From Octopus vulgaris (taxonomy: Eukaryota): a stretch of 64,000 bases of DNA. Below, piece by piece: positions 40,007-54,046 of this stretch. The stretch lies in NCBI GenBank assembly GCA_951406725.2, contig OX597823.1, positions 83,266,001 through 83,330,000 on the forward strand. Direction: 5' to 3'. The notes below the pieces were generated by a model. The model was not told the DNA's origin and did not search any database. It worked only from the letters and a program-made list of their open reading frames with translations. A program made the position numbers and the translations under genes. Positions within the stretch are counted from its first letter, which is position 1; each line of letters begins with the position of its first letter.

Positions 40007-40837
40007 TCATGAAGTAAATACCAGTTGCGCACTGGGCTCGATGTAACCGACTGGCCCCGTGCCCCAAAAATTTCAGACCTTGTGCCTATATTAGAAAGGG
40101 TTGTTGCACCAATTATCTGCACTTCAACACGACAATCAAATGCGTAGAATGGAATCACGGAATATTAAAATGCACAAGAATATATTAAACTAATTAAATT
40201 AAAGACCAAACACCGAACTAACTCCAGGTCATTCCGTTTTGTAATTATCTTAAAATAATTAATTAATTAAAAATGTATTCATTTTCTCTGTGATAATGAG
40301 AGTTTATTTTGATAATTTTACACATTTTGCCACTTTTCTCGTAATATAAAATAAATCGAGATCATATATTTAACTATGCAAATTTATTCTACCTACTCAA
40401 ATACAGTATTGTGCATTAGATTGATAATTCGATCATTACTTTGGCAAGTACGGTGAAGGTTATACATGATTAAGGAAGTTTAATTAGAACAAAACATGTC
40501 CATAGCTGTCTCCCTTCCTTGCAGAAATGCTGAAAATAATAAGTCATTGGACTTACACATATTGCTTTCAAATTTTAGCACATGGCCAGCAACTTCGGGA
40601 AAAGCGGGTAAATCGATTACATCGACTCTAGTGCGACACTGAAACTATTTTATCAACCCCGAAGGATGAACGGCAACGTCGACCTCGGCGTAATTGGAAA
40701 TCAGAACGTAAAGACGGATGAAATGACATGTGCTAACGGTTCTGTCAGCTCACAGCTTAAATTTAATCAATAAATTTTGAAGTTTACTTATATATACGTA
40801 TGTGTGTAACCATGTCGTGTGTAGAATACAAGAAATA

Positions 40838-42074
40838 TTGGGTTGGCAACTAAGTTCCAGCCGTTTTTTAAATTTTTAATTTTTTAAAAGGTTTAATAAA
40901 AAATAACAACTAATTAATCAATAATGTATTCACACTTGTTGATTACACCTTCTTCCCAACGCTCAACAAGATTTTCAATATCTCGTTCGTAGGAATCACC
41001 CGATTTCGACTCGAAAAATTGATCCAACCAAGCTCTCAATTCTTCAACAGTATTGAACGATACTCCGAAAGAGGTGGAAATCCGCTGGTGCTAAATCAGG
41101 AAAGTACGGCGGGTGTGGCAGCACTTCCCATCCATGCGTTTGAATGGCATCCTTGGTCATATTCGTGATATGAGGGCGGGCGTTATCGTACAGCAGAAGA
41201 ACTCCATGCTACCGATTAGGTCTTTTCTCTTGAATAGCCGTGTTGAGTCGTTCCATTGACCGTTTGGTCCCGTTCAAGCAATTCGTAATGGATAACCCCT
41301 TCTCCGTCCCACCATACGCACATCATTTTACGCGGATGAAGATCTTGTTTCACGCGCGGTGTCACTTGTTTACCGGAGCTAAGTCATTTCTTACGCTGCT
41401 TCATATTGATATACAGGCACCATTTGACGTCGCCAGTAACGATTCGATAAAGAAATCGTTGCTTGTGTCCATGAGTTGAGCGGTGACGAGCAAGCAAACC
41501 AGCGTAGATTGTGGCTCGTTGATTTTTGTTGTTGTCACTTAAAGATGCGGAACCCATGCTCCATACTTCTGAACCTTTCCCATCGAGTGAAGATACTTCT
41601 CTACAGCAGTGTGGGAGCATTCCATTTTCTTTGCCAGTTCCCTTGTCGTTTGACGAGAATTTTCGTGCAAAATTTGGTTTAATCGCTCTTCATCGAACTC
41701 AACTAGACGGCCATAACGTGGTGTGTCTTTGAAGTCAAAATTTCTATTTTTGAACTTGGCATACCAATCACGAGCGGTTCTTTCAGCTATAGCACCCTCT
41801 CCATACACAGTACAAATGTCGCGAGCATCTTTTGCAGCCTTAGAACCTTGATTAAAAGCAAAAAGAAGGAAGTGTTGAAAATGCTTGTTTTTCTTAACTT
41901 GACATTACATTTCAATGATCTGAAAATAAACAAAAATTAAATAGAATTAACTAGAAAAACAAATAGGTTCCAAAATGATTCAAAAATAGAATTCTCGAAA
42001 AAAATAGATTCCAAAATCTAAAAACGCAGTAAATTCCAATTTAATAAACGGCGGGAACTTAGTCGCCAACCCAA
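40838..42074 (-). mobile_element. Full-length defective mariner transposon
   Basis: TA|ttgggttggcaactaagttcc ... ggaacttagtcgccaacccaa|TA. Confidence 0.95.
40914..41910 (-). pseudogene. Mariner DD34D transposase with stops and frameshifts
   Basis: ARDICTVYGEGAIAERTARDWYAKFK, WVPHL, RIVTGDVKW, YDNARPH, LPHPPYFPDLAPADFHLFRS; stop at codon 2. Confidence 0.9.
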
Positions 42075-42265
42075 TAAAACATGTTTGTGAAAATGCCTTT
42101 ACTTTTAACGATATTATTGAAAATGCATCTCGGTACCATCATCTTTATTTCTTTCTTACACTTTAATAACTTGTTCGGAACGTTAAATATCCTAAAGATA
42201 GAGTTATTTAACTGCTGTGTTTTCAATTATATTATATATGTACGTGTGCTATAATTTATACATAC

Positions 42266-42323
<58 letters not shown>

Positions 42324-42351
42324 TTGTGTGTGTGTGTATGTATATATATAT

Positions 42352-42446
<95 letters not shown>

Positions 42447-42513
42447 TTAGACAAGAACAGATAACAAAGCCAAGGCTGAGAAGAGTTTTGAGGACATATA
42501 TAAGGAAAGAGAT

Positions 42514-42567
42514 ATAGTCTTGTAGCTGTTTCTGAGATATTATGGATATCCCTTCATCAGAGACGAT
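42514..42567 (-). ncRNA. Degenerate hammerhead motif in a PLE-like terminal fragment (about 42450-42810)
   Basis: gtct-CTGATGA-A-gggata..tatctc-a-GAAA-cagct-ACA-agac (GTA changed to ACA); shares atatcccttcatc.gagacgatgt with 12741-12764. Confidence 0.55.
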
Positions 42568-42811
42568 GTTAGCGGTAAATGTTTGAGTTCGAAATAAGGA
42601 AATTATTATGGAAATGGAGCAGATAGGGAAAACAGAGGGAAATAAGAGAATGAAAGTAGAAATAACATATAAAATATTGTCATTGCAGTTCCATTATCGG
42701 AGTATAGTGGTGTATAGAAATGGCGAAAATGTTTCCTGTACATGATATGTAAGTTCCAGTAGTAGTGAAGGGAAATGAGAGGAAGAAAGAGAGAAAAATG
42801 AAAAAGGATAC

Positions 42812-43275
<464 letters not shown>

Positions 43276-43988
43276 GTTTATATGTATATATCAAAGGCAG
43301 TTAATACAATGCACGTTTAAGATATACAAAGACATCATCTGCTCGGAAACAGAAATCTTAGGAAATAATTACGACCATATGTCATACTACTCAAGCCTTA
43401 TTGGAAGTTACGTACAAAACTTGTACTTACATACATCGACTATATATATATATACAGAAATAAAAGGCTTCTGATTTCGCTCTAGTTCCTTGTTATTTGG
43501 GAGATCAAAGATAAAACGCAAGGCAGGAAAATGTATCTGACAATAAAAGATAAGGGTTATCAAGAAAACAAGTTTAACATATCCTAGGGAAAATATTAAC
43601 CGACATTAACATCAATAGATGAAACTTTCAGATGAAGCTTGACTTTTAACGATAGGCACGAAACAGCTAACGTTGATATTCCATCAAACATGATGATAGA
43701 AATTATTATTAAAAACATAAATAAATAGAAGAGTAAGACATGATTAATGTAACGAAGAATGAGTTAGAATTATTTATGCAACAGAATAAAAAAAATAATA
43801 AATAAATAGGCAGCAAGAATATCAATCATTTACTTAAAATGAATTCAGCGATATAAAATGGTAGAAATAAACAATAGGCTATTAAGCTACACTCATGATA
43901 TACAAATTTTGCAAACAAAGAAAAATTTGCCTAACAGATATATATGTATGGACATATATATATATATATATATGTGTGTGTATGCATG

Positions 43989-44033
<45 letters not shown>

Positions 44034-44268
44034 TTATATGCATACATACATACATATACATACGTATATATCTGGTTTTTGCATTTCGTTTGCAAGATTC
44101 TTTATATGTGTGTGTGTGTATGCATGTAGTATGTATATATATATATGTACGTATGAATATATATATATGCATACATACATGCATACAACACATATATATG
44201 TATACATATGTATATTCATGTATATATATGTGTGTGTGTGTATGCATGTATGTATGTATATATATATA

Positions 44269-44311
<43 letters not shown>

Positions 44312-44419
44312 CACATACGTATATGTATATATCTGTCTTTAGCATTTCGTTTGCAAGATTATATATGTATGTGTGTGTGTGTGTGTGTGTGTGTATACAC
44401 GCATACATAAACAATATTC

Positions 44420-44645
44420 TCAGTGCCAGAAAGCACCATTTCTTTGCTATTTTATTACCAGTTTATCCATCTGAATCTGTTCAAAGTTCCATTCTGTCCA
44501 AACACAATTCTTCTCTGCAAACGAAGAAATAAAGAAATGCCAGCAGAACTCAAAATTGGTTTAGCATGAATTCCCAAAGCATTGTCATTTGCAAAGCGAA
44601 ACTCTCGTATAACCAAATGCACAATATCAAAATGTTTTCTTTGAA
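44420..44645 (-). mobile_element. RTE-like RT remnant
   Basis: [17 protein letters not shown] (degenerate FADD motif); RLQRRIVFGQNGTL. Confidence 0.45.
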
Positions 44646-44668
44646 TACATACATGCACACATACACAA

Positions 44669-44699
<31 letters not shown>

Positions 44700-44926
44700 T
44701 AAATATACATGCACATATATATCTATACATATATATAAAGATGTGTGTGTGTGTGTGTGCGTGTTTCATTGTGAATGCTTAGAAATCATGAGAAATTTCC
44801 AGTGCCACGTTTTTATAACAACCCCAGCGTATACGTTCTCCAGCTCCTTTTATCCTCTCAGTCTCTCTCTGACATATGTAATTATATATATATGTATGTG
44901 TATATATATATATGTATATGTATATG

Positions 44927-45006
<80 letters not shown>

Positions 45007-45126
45007 CGCGTGTGTGTATGTGTGCGTTCTCGCGCTGACATATGTAATTACATATATGTATATGTATGTATGTATATATATATATATATATATATAGATA
45101 TAGATAGATATAGATATATAGATATA

Positions 45127-45181
<55 letters not shown>

Positions 45182-45763
45182 TATATATATACATGGAACA
45201 TAAACTCACTCACTTTCAGTATTGAATGATAATGTTTAAAACATACCTCTCTATGTAATTGTAGATATACACAAAAGAGTCCGTAAAGCATAAACCAGCT
45301 CACACACAACGTAACATGCAAATATGATATCTGCACACATGTTACATGTTTTTATAATGTGTTTTGTTGTTGGCATAGATATCTCTATGAAATAATGTTG
45401 CTTTCTTAGAAAAGCACAAAGTCAATTGCTGAAAGGAGGGAGAGGTTTAATGAATTAATCTCTGCCCAGTATATTACTGGTGTGTGTAAAGTTCGCGAGC
45501 TGGCAGAATAATTTACTGCACTGGACAAAAAGCTTGGTGACATTTCTTGCAGATTTTAATGGTTTGAGTTCAAATACCACCGAGGTCGGCTTTGCCTTTT
45601 ATCCTTCCATGGTCGAAGAAATAAGTACCAGTTGAGCACTGGGGTCGATGTTGTTGACTCCCCACCGCCACTCAGAATTATTGGTTTTGTGCCAAAGTTA
45701 GTAAGATTATAACTGGTGTGTGTGCTTTATGTTACTAGAGATAGAGGGATGAAACTAAATACC

Positions 45764-45995
45764 TATTTCTTTATTACCCACAAAGGGCTAAACACAGAGG
45801 GGACAAACAAGGACAGACATAGGTATTAAGTCGATTACATCGACCCCAGTGCGTAACTGGTACTTAATTTATCGACCCCGAAAGGATGAAAGGCAAAGTC
45901 GACCTCAGCGGAATTTGAACTCACAACGTTGCGCCAGAGGAAATACCGCTAAGCATTTCGCCCGGCACGCTAACGTTTCTGCCAGCTCGCCGCCT
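45764..45995 (-). mobile_element. Young SINE A with 15-bp TSD
   Basis: atgaaactaaatacc at 45749-45763 and 45996-46010. Confidence 0.9.
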
Positions 45996-46561
45996 ATGAA
46001 ACTAAATACCGTAAGGTATTTTGTTCGACGGTCTGCTGATTCTACAAATCCACCAGTCTTTTGTGGTTACGACAATGAAAATGTCTGAAATGAAATGTTC
46101 AAAGATTTGAAGTGACATCAGTCCAGTTTCTCATTTTTCAACATGTTTCTTCATGCTAGAATAAAATTAAGCATCAATCACAATCAATTAGTTGATTAAA
46201 AACATTTGGCTGAATAAAGATTCGACTCAGTTGGACTTTATAACGATTATTTGATTAAAGTGACGAGCTCACAGTTTTACGGTTATGGCAGTCGATATTT
46301 GGAGCGAGCAGTCGGGTAAGCCGTTGCATTTTGTCCTTGAACAAATCAGTTGAAATTACCGAAATACGAGAACTTTGACGTGAAATAACTTCGTAAATAT
46401 AAGTTTTTCTCAAAAATGCTAAGAGTAGAAAAGATATCTTATATGACACATTCTACCAGTGTCCGAAGTTTGAAAGTGTTTAGTTACAAAAAATTATTTT
46501 TTAAATCTGTAGGTCAAAAGGTAAAGATCCAAAAATTGTTAAAATATTTTGTGTGTTGTAG

Positions 46562-46970
46562 GAGTAGGAGTGGCTGTGTAGTAAGTAGGTTGCTTACAAA
46601 CCACATGGTTCCAGGTTCAGTCCCACTGCGTGGCACCTTGGGCAATGTGTCTTCTTCTATAGCCTCGGGCCGACCAAAGTCTTGTGAGTGGATTTGGTAG
46701 ACGGAAACTGAAAGAAGCTCGTCGTATATATGTATATATATATGTATGTGTGTTGTATATGTCTGTGTGTCTGTTTGTCCCCCCAAAATCGCTTGACAAC
46801 CGATGCTGGTGTGTTTACGCCACCGTAACCCAGCGATTCGGCAAAAGAGACCGATAGAATAAGTGCTAGGCTTACAAAGAATACGTCCTGAGTTCGATTT
46901 GCTCGACAAAAGGCGGTGCTCCAGCATGGCCACAGTCAAATGACTGAAACAAGTAAAAGAGTAAAAGAGA
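46562..46970 (+). mobile_element. SINE family B, full length
   Basis: Head, body and (gtaaaaga)n tail. Confidence 0.9.
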
Positions 46971-47466
46971 GTTGTAGAAATATGACCAGTTTATTGCTGA
47001 TCTCTACATGAACTCCCAAAGGTCATGTGGACCCCGGTTGAGAAGCGCAGCCATTGATGCAGATAAGCACGGAATCATTCGTTGGCTTAGTAACCACATG
47101 TTATCATAACATGAGCTCTTGCCTCGTAGAACTAAAGACGTTAGGTGTTTAATAAATGAAAACAGACATTTCACACAACAATGCAAACAAGGAATGTCAT
47201 GAACGAAATATATTTATGTAAATTTCACACCTGATATTTCAAATTCTTTTTTCTTATTGCTTATAGAGAAATATTTAACCTCGAGATAAGAAAAAAGTTA
47301 ACGTTCGTCACCTCAGCCAATGTAGTTTTGATTTATGACGTGCAAGCACAGTGACATTATTTATTATTTCATGTATGCGTATGGATTTTATGTTATTGTG
47401 TGTCTGTGTGTATACGGGTGTGTATACGAGTGTGTATGCGTGTGTGTGTATTTATGTATGCATGCA

Positions 47467-47519
<53 letters not shown>

Positions 47520-47545
47520 GTATAGTGTGTGTCTGTACATATATG

Positions 47546-47576
<31 letters not shown>

Positions 47577-47595
47577 ATAGATATGTGTGTGTGTG

Positions 47596-47815
47596 GAGGC
47601 GTGTGGCTTAGTGGATAGGGTGTCAGCATCATGATCGTAAGATTGTGGTTTCGATTCCTGGACCGGGCGACGCGTTGTGTTCTTGAGTAAAACACTTCAT
47701 TTCACGTTGCTCCAGTCCATACAGCTGGCAAAAATGAGTAACGTCGTGATGGACTGTCGTCCCGACCAACTGGGGAACATATACGCCATTGAAACCGGGA
47801 AACTGGGCCCATGAA
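47596..47815 (+). mobile_element. SINE family C, 3'-interrupted
   Basis: ggaggcgtgtggcttagtgg..ggtttcgattcctggaccggg..ccgggaaactgggcccatga. Confidence 0.8.
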
Positions 47816-48088
47816 CTTTTATTAAGCTGACGTCTCGGGCATCATGCCGAACGATCCCGGAGACATCCACCTGCCGACTGCAAGCCCTCAATATAGTCTT
47901 GACCCCCTTGGGGTGCGACGGTCACCTAGAGCGTGACTATCCAGCCGGGGCCGACCCGTCAGCTTACGGGTCTGATTCCTTTAACTTACGGGTCGGACCA
48001 CGTCACTGTATTCACCCGTTGCATATCGCCACATACTCCCGGCGACTGACGGCATCGGTCGCGCCTAACCTTTAAAAGGGCGCATTTA

Positions 48089-48138
<50 letters not shown>

Positions 48139-48157
48139 TCTGTGTGTTATATACATA

Positions 48158-48512
48158 TCGTTGCTATTATGCAAAAGTGTCGTAAGTCCAAAACGAAAAA
48201 ATAGTTTCACCATTCCATTTCTTTTTACATTAGCAACAGTTTCAGCTTAACAATAATACTTTGTTGGATGCATAAAATCGTAACTCCATGCAAGTATGAT
48301 ATTTTCAGTCAGAAAATATCACATAAGACTTACTACTCTTTTGAAATATGGTAAACCGTTGTACTACACTTTGACAATCTTCATCTGAAGCAGCTGGAGA
48401 TAAGATAGTTTCACCAAAAGAACCAGCTTATTAGGAACAAAATTAAATATTGAAAAAAGAAAACGCATTTTGCCAAGTTTGAACATACGACAGTTTAACA
48501 TAATAGCAACGA
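48158..48512. mobile_element. MITE with about 38-bp imperfect TIRs and TA flanks
   Basis: ta|tcgttgctattatgcaaaagtgtcgta ... tacgacagtttaacataatagcaacga|ta. Confidence 0.7.
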
Positions 48513-48839
48513 TATATTGTTGACGTCTTAAGAATTTTTAAACTTTTGGGAGAGTATTAAATATTCATCTTCCATTTTGAAGCGTGAATGTGGAAGCACA
48601 CATAAAGCTATAAATAATAGCATGTAAATATTGGGTTCGAACACCATATTGCGGTCCGTTCCGTCGCAGGATTACTCATTTAGTAAAATGAAGCAACGTA
48701 AAATTAAGTGTTTTGCTCAAGAGCAGGACTCGAAACCACAATCTTACGATCATGAATCCAACGCCCCTAACCAATAAGCCACGTGCCTCCACCAAGTTCA
48801 GAATGCGAATGTATTTTTTTATCGCTAACCGTTTTTTCT

Positions 48840-49067
48840 ATCTTTTATTTGTTTCAGTTATTAGACTGCGGCCATGCTGGGGTACCACCTTCATGAATTT
48901 TTAATCGAATGAATCAACCCCAGTATTGTTTTTATAGCCTGGTATTTATTCTATCGCTCTTTTTTGCCCCGAATCGCTAAGTTACTCGGACGTAAACACA
49001 CCGACACCGGTTGCCAAACGGTGGTGGGAGACTAACACAGACCCAGACAAACACACACGCACACACA

Positions 49068-49138
<71 letters not shown>

Positions 49139-49300
49139 GTATATACGACAGGTTTCTTTCAGATTCCGTCAACCAAATCCACTCACAAGGCTTTGGTTGG
49201 CCCAAGGCTATAGTAGAAGACACTTGCTTAAGGTGCCGCTCAGTGGGACTGAACCCGGAACGATGTTTTGGGGAATCAAGCTTCTTACCACAAGGCGACA
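48840..49300 (-). mobile_element. SINE family B
   Basis: Body and head. Confidence 0.8.
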
Positions 49301-50633
49301 CCTTGTGGTATGGTAGAAGCTCTGTATATTTGGCAGAAACTAGTTCCTTCCTTGCAGGAAGACTTCAAATAATTAAAAATAGAAGAGAACATATGCATAA
49401 TTACAAAATAGTGTTAGATTTATCACTTGTGAGGTAACTTCTGAAAACGACGTACTCCTCTCGAAGCAGAACATGACATGCGCAATGTTGCATACTGAAA
49501 TAATTACGATGTGTCAGCCATTTCATCAATTCAGAAAAAAACAGTAATATATATTATTGCACATTGGTAAAACTAGCAACATGTAGCAGAAAGTTTTTTG
49601 TTATATTTATTTATTAAACTAACTACTTATTGACTACGCTGATGGCAAACTTATAAATGTAAATCAAGATCAGTTTTTTTGTCCTGACAATAGCAGAACC
49701 GGTTTTTCTACGCCATATAGCAACCCAGTTGATGAAATCAGGTACTGATAATAACGTGTAATGCGTCAATCAAACATCGTCGTCTAGGAATTGTATTGAA
49801 ATCTGTATAATAAATGATAAGTTTGCTGTTGAACAGAATCTAGGAGATGGTTTCAATTCCTAGGAATTTTGGTTTCAAATTTTGGTACATGGTCAACATT
49901 TTCGGGGGAGAGGACAAGTCGATTACTTCGACCCGGTACCCAGTTCGTACTTATTTTATCTACTCTGAAAGGATGAAATACAAAGTAGACCTCAGAATGA
50001 TAACGGGCGAAATGCCGCTAAGCATTTTGCCCGGCGTGGTAATGAGTCTACAAGTTCACCGCCTTTCAATTCCAGGAAATTTTACCATTTCGTTTTGCTA
50101 ATTGCCTCAGAGGATTATACGAGCGTTGCTCTATAAACCTAGGCTCTCTTACCTAAACCAGGAACCAATATTTTTTCCTTGCTAGATTCCTGGTGTCGAA
50201 CTCTCTAAAGCAGGAAGTATGATCAAAAGCCTATGATCCTAGATATTTCTTACAAATAAATTGAGAATCTAATCCTGGTTCACTTTGCTAACGGCCCCTG
50301 AGAAGTGTACGAGTATGCTCGAGTATACCTAAATCGAGAATCAATATTTTTCCATGCTAGATCCCTTGCATCGAACTCCCTAAAACAGGAGGTATGATCT
50401 TATTTCTATGATCCCAGATATTTCTTACAAATTAATTGTATACGTAATTTCTTACTAACATTTAATTTCTTACCTTCATCCTTTCAAAATATAGAAACTT
50501 AGGATTTAGTAAAATAACAAAATAACTATGTTCCCCACCCCTGTAAAAAGAGACTTTCAACAAACAGAACACAAAACAGTTTCACTCACTGATGAAAGGC
50601 ATTTTCATACATCTATTCTATTAATGCACTTGT

Positions 50634-50975
50634 AAAAGTGATGAATGCCACAAAATCCTATTTCGCCTAACCTGCAGGGCCTTTGTGCTTAGTCAAAGAG
50701 AAACTAATAATTTTTCTTATAATCCTGATGCACAAAAACCAGAAAAGTCATGAATGCCACAAAATCATATTTCACTTCATCTCACTTAAGCTGCAGGGTC
50801 TTTGTGCCTTGTCAAAAAGAAACTAATAATTTTTCTCAATTCCTGATGAGCGAAAGCCAGAAAAGTCACGAATGCTATAAAATTATATTTCACCTCATCT
50901 CAACTAAACTGCAGGGCCTTTGTATGTCGTCAAAGAAAAACTATTAGTATTTTTTTCTTTTCAAATCCTGATGAC
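50634..50975. repeat. Three diverged tandem units of about 110-120 bp
   Basis: aaaagt.a.gaatgc.a.aaaat..tatttc..ctgcaggg.ctttgt..gtcaaa..aaacta..tcctgatg, three times. Confidence 0.75.
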
Positions 50976-52135
50976 CAGACGCCTCTAGCTCTCAGCTTTA
51001 AAAAATAGGATTCATTAGATGAGTGATTCTCAAACTAACGTCTGACAGACAGTTTCTCCCACACGCATACACAAAAAATTATTGGTAAAAGGTTTTGATG
51101 TCCTTTTCTTTATTAATGAGATAACAAAATAGATCTTGTATCCATATAACGTTTCTTTCTGCTCCAACATGTTTGGCAAGTTTCAAACGCTGGAAGACAT
51201 ATTAATTTTATCAAACATAGCATTTAATAATGTTCAAACCTTAGATAAATGTACCCACCACAATGGGTATTACTGCATTAGATAATATCATCTTAGATAT
51301 ATTTATGCTGTATATATACTCGTAGATAAAACATTTTTTTTGTACAAAATATAAAGAGCACAGAAAACTCTTTAGCGACTACCTCTTCCTCTAGACTTGG
51401 AACAAAGGCACACATACGTGCACGTACACACAAAAACGCACGCACATTGACTAAGGTGCCTCTCAGTGGAACTGAACCCGGAATGATGTTATTGGGAAGT
51501 AAGATTCTTACCACAAGGCCACACCTTGTGGTATGGTAGAAGCTCTGTATATCTGTCAGAAACTAGCTCTGACAGTTGTTCATATCATAGAGGACGAGTT
51601 GTTCATATCACTACAGATTAAGTGTACTGACCATGAAAACTGGTGTATTTACACGACCACATGACCAATGAAAACATTCTGAAAAGAACCAATGAAATAC
51701 GATTTTGTGAAATCATCACAGAACGGAAATCAAGACTAGCAGGTCACATACTCTTGCTACTAGAGTAATCATCACGTTATCACGTGACCGACCAGACTAT
51801 CAGATGTTGCTACACATCGCTGGTTACAATGCGCTTTTTCATTGTTTTATCCTTCAAATGACGCCACCACGCTCACTAGGCAAGCAGGCCAACATTCCCC
51901 CACTGATCGAAAGGGGGAAGAGGAGCGACGTGAAATGAAGTGTTTTGCCCAAGAACACAACGCACCGCCCAATCAGGGAATCGAGCCCACGATCTGTCGA
52001 TCATGAGTGCGACAGCCTAACCAGCTTTCAAATGGACACCACTGGAGGGGGGAAAGAGAGGAAGACCGAAAAGTACAAGGTGAAGAGTATTCACAACCGA
52101 CATGAGAGAAATCAATAATTCATTGTTAGCTAATA

Positions 52136-52304
52136 GGCGTAGGGGTGGCTGTGTGGTAAGTAGCTTGCTTACCAACCACATGGTTCCGGGTTCAGTCCTA
52201 TTGCGTGGCACCTTGGGCAAGTGTCTTCTACTTTAGCCTCGAGCCAACCAAAGCCTTGTGAGTGGATTTTGTAGACGGAAACTGAAAGAAGCCTGTCGTA
52301 TATA

Positions 52305-52382
<78 letters not shown>

Positions 52383-52815
52383 TGCGTGTGCGTATATGTT
52401 TGTGTGCCTGTGTTTGTCCCCCCAACCAATGGTGGTGTGTTTACGTCTCCATAACCTAGCAGTTCGGCAAGAGAGGTCGATAGAATAAGTACTAGACCTG
52501 CGGTCGATTTGCTCGACTAAAGGCAGTGCTCCAGCATGGCCACAGTCAAATGACTGAAACAAGTAAAAGAGTAAAAGAGTAAAGAGAAAGTAAAGCTCAG
52601 GCGATGAGCTGGCAGAATTGTTAGCACGCCGGGCAAAATACTTAGCGGCATTTCGTCCGTCTTTACGCTCTGAGTTCAAATTCCGCCGAGGTTGACTTTG
52701 CTTTTCATCCTTTCTGGGACGATCAAATAAGTACCAGTGGAACCCTGGAGTTCATGTAATCAACTTAACCGCCCACCACCCCGAACTTGCTGGCCATGTG
52801 CCTAAATTTGAAGCT
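52136..52815 (+). mobile_element. SINE family B (52136-52585) followed by SINE family A (52598-52815)
   Basis: Consensus heads and bodies. Confidence 0.85.
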
Positions 52816-53512
52816 AATATCACGTTTGGCTGCAGAGAAAATTGCTGCCGTTAGAAGCCAGCGACGTCAATGTGCACGAGAGCGCTGAAGGAGCAGAAAA
52901 TGATAATGAAATTCTTAAAGCAAGCATGTCCGATGGTTAATTTAAGCAACAAATTTTGGTTTCGATTCTTTGTTGCGTTTAGCTAACTTCAAGTACGTCG
53001 TCAAAATCTTAAGAATCTTTAGGCAAAATTCTACTCATTGACTTTCATCTCACTGATTATAACAATCGAGTAAGTAATACTTTGATTGATTGAGTCTCAA
53101 ATTTCATTTAATTCAATTTAAAACCCATTTATTTCGCTGAGGTGATGACAACGTATTACCGATACTTAATTCATCGAATAATTTTTAAATTTAAATAGAT
53201 GAGGAAGCTTATAATTTGTGTTAATATATCCTTCAAAGATAAAACATTGTTTACAATATTAGATTGGTATTTCATTTAATTATAAAATGTACAATGAGAC
53301 TCATTATCAGTCTACAAATACATTTACATACACACACGCGTTGCGCACGAGTGCACAAACACACACGCACACGCATACACACACATACACTTGTATATAT
53401 CTTTATATATATATATATATATATATATACATGTCTATATATATATATGTGTATATATATACACATATCTTTATATTTATGTATATATGTATAAATATAT
53501 ATACATGTATAT

Positions 53513-53543
<31 letters not shown>

Positions 53544-53559
53544 CACAACACACACACAC

Positions 53560-53678
<119 letters not shown>

Positions 53679-53968
53679 TTTCTGTGTGTGGAATGAAAAG
53701 ATTTTCGAAAAACAAAAGTTATCTATTTTATGAAAAATCTTATAAAAACTCAGATAAACAAAGAATTAACAGAAGGAAGATTTTCTGTATGTACTTTCAG
53801 CTTTCAGGGGTCTTTTGTACGACGTTGACACGTGTTTTTCAAAAGCCAAAAACTCTGAAAAAGGTCATAAAAGAATTTCCTTCATCATGATCTACGTCAT
53901 TCTGTCTTTCAAGTTTTAATATATGAAAGTATTTTCTCTTTTTGTGACAGTATCATGGGTTTTTTAGA

Positions 53969-54006
<38 letters not shown>

Positions 54007-54012
54007 GTGTGC

Positions 54013-54046
<34 letters not shown>

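Noticed and set aside
43625-43675. cagatgaagcttg..aggcacgaaacagct as a hammerhead
   Set aside because: U4 mutated, no usable UH triplet or stem I; at best a relic.
53821-53898. Minus-strand gacgt..atgatgaa..gaaaaacacgtgtc-aacgtc hammerhead-like order
   Set aside because: C3 lost, extra bases in the GAAA strand and poor stem II; too degenerate to call.
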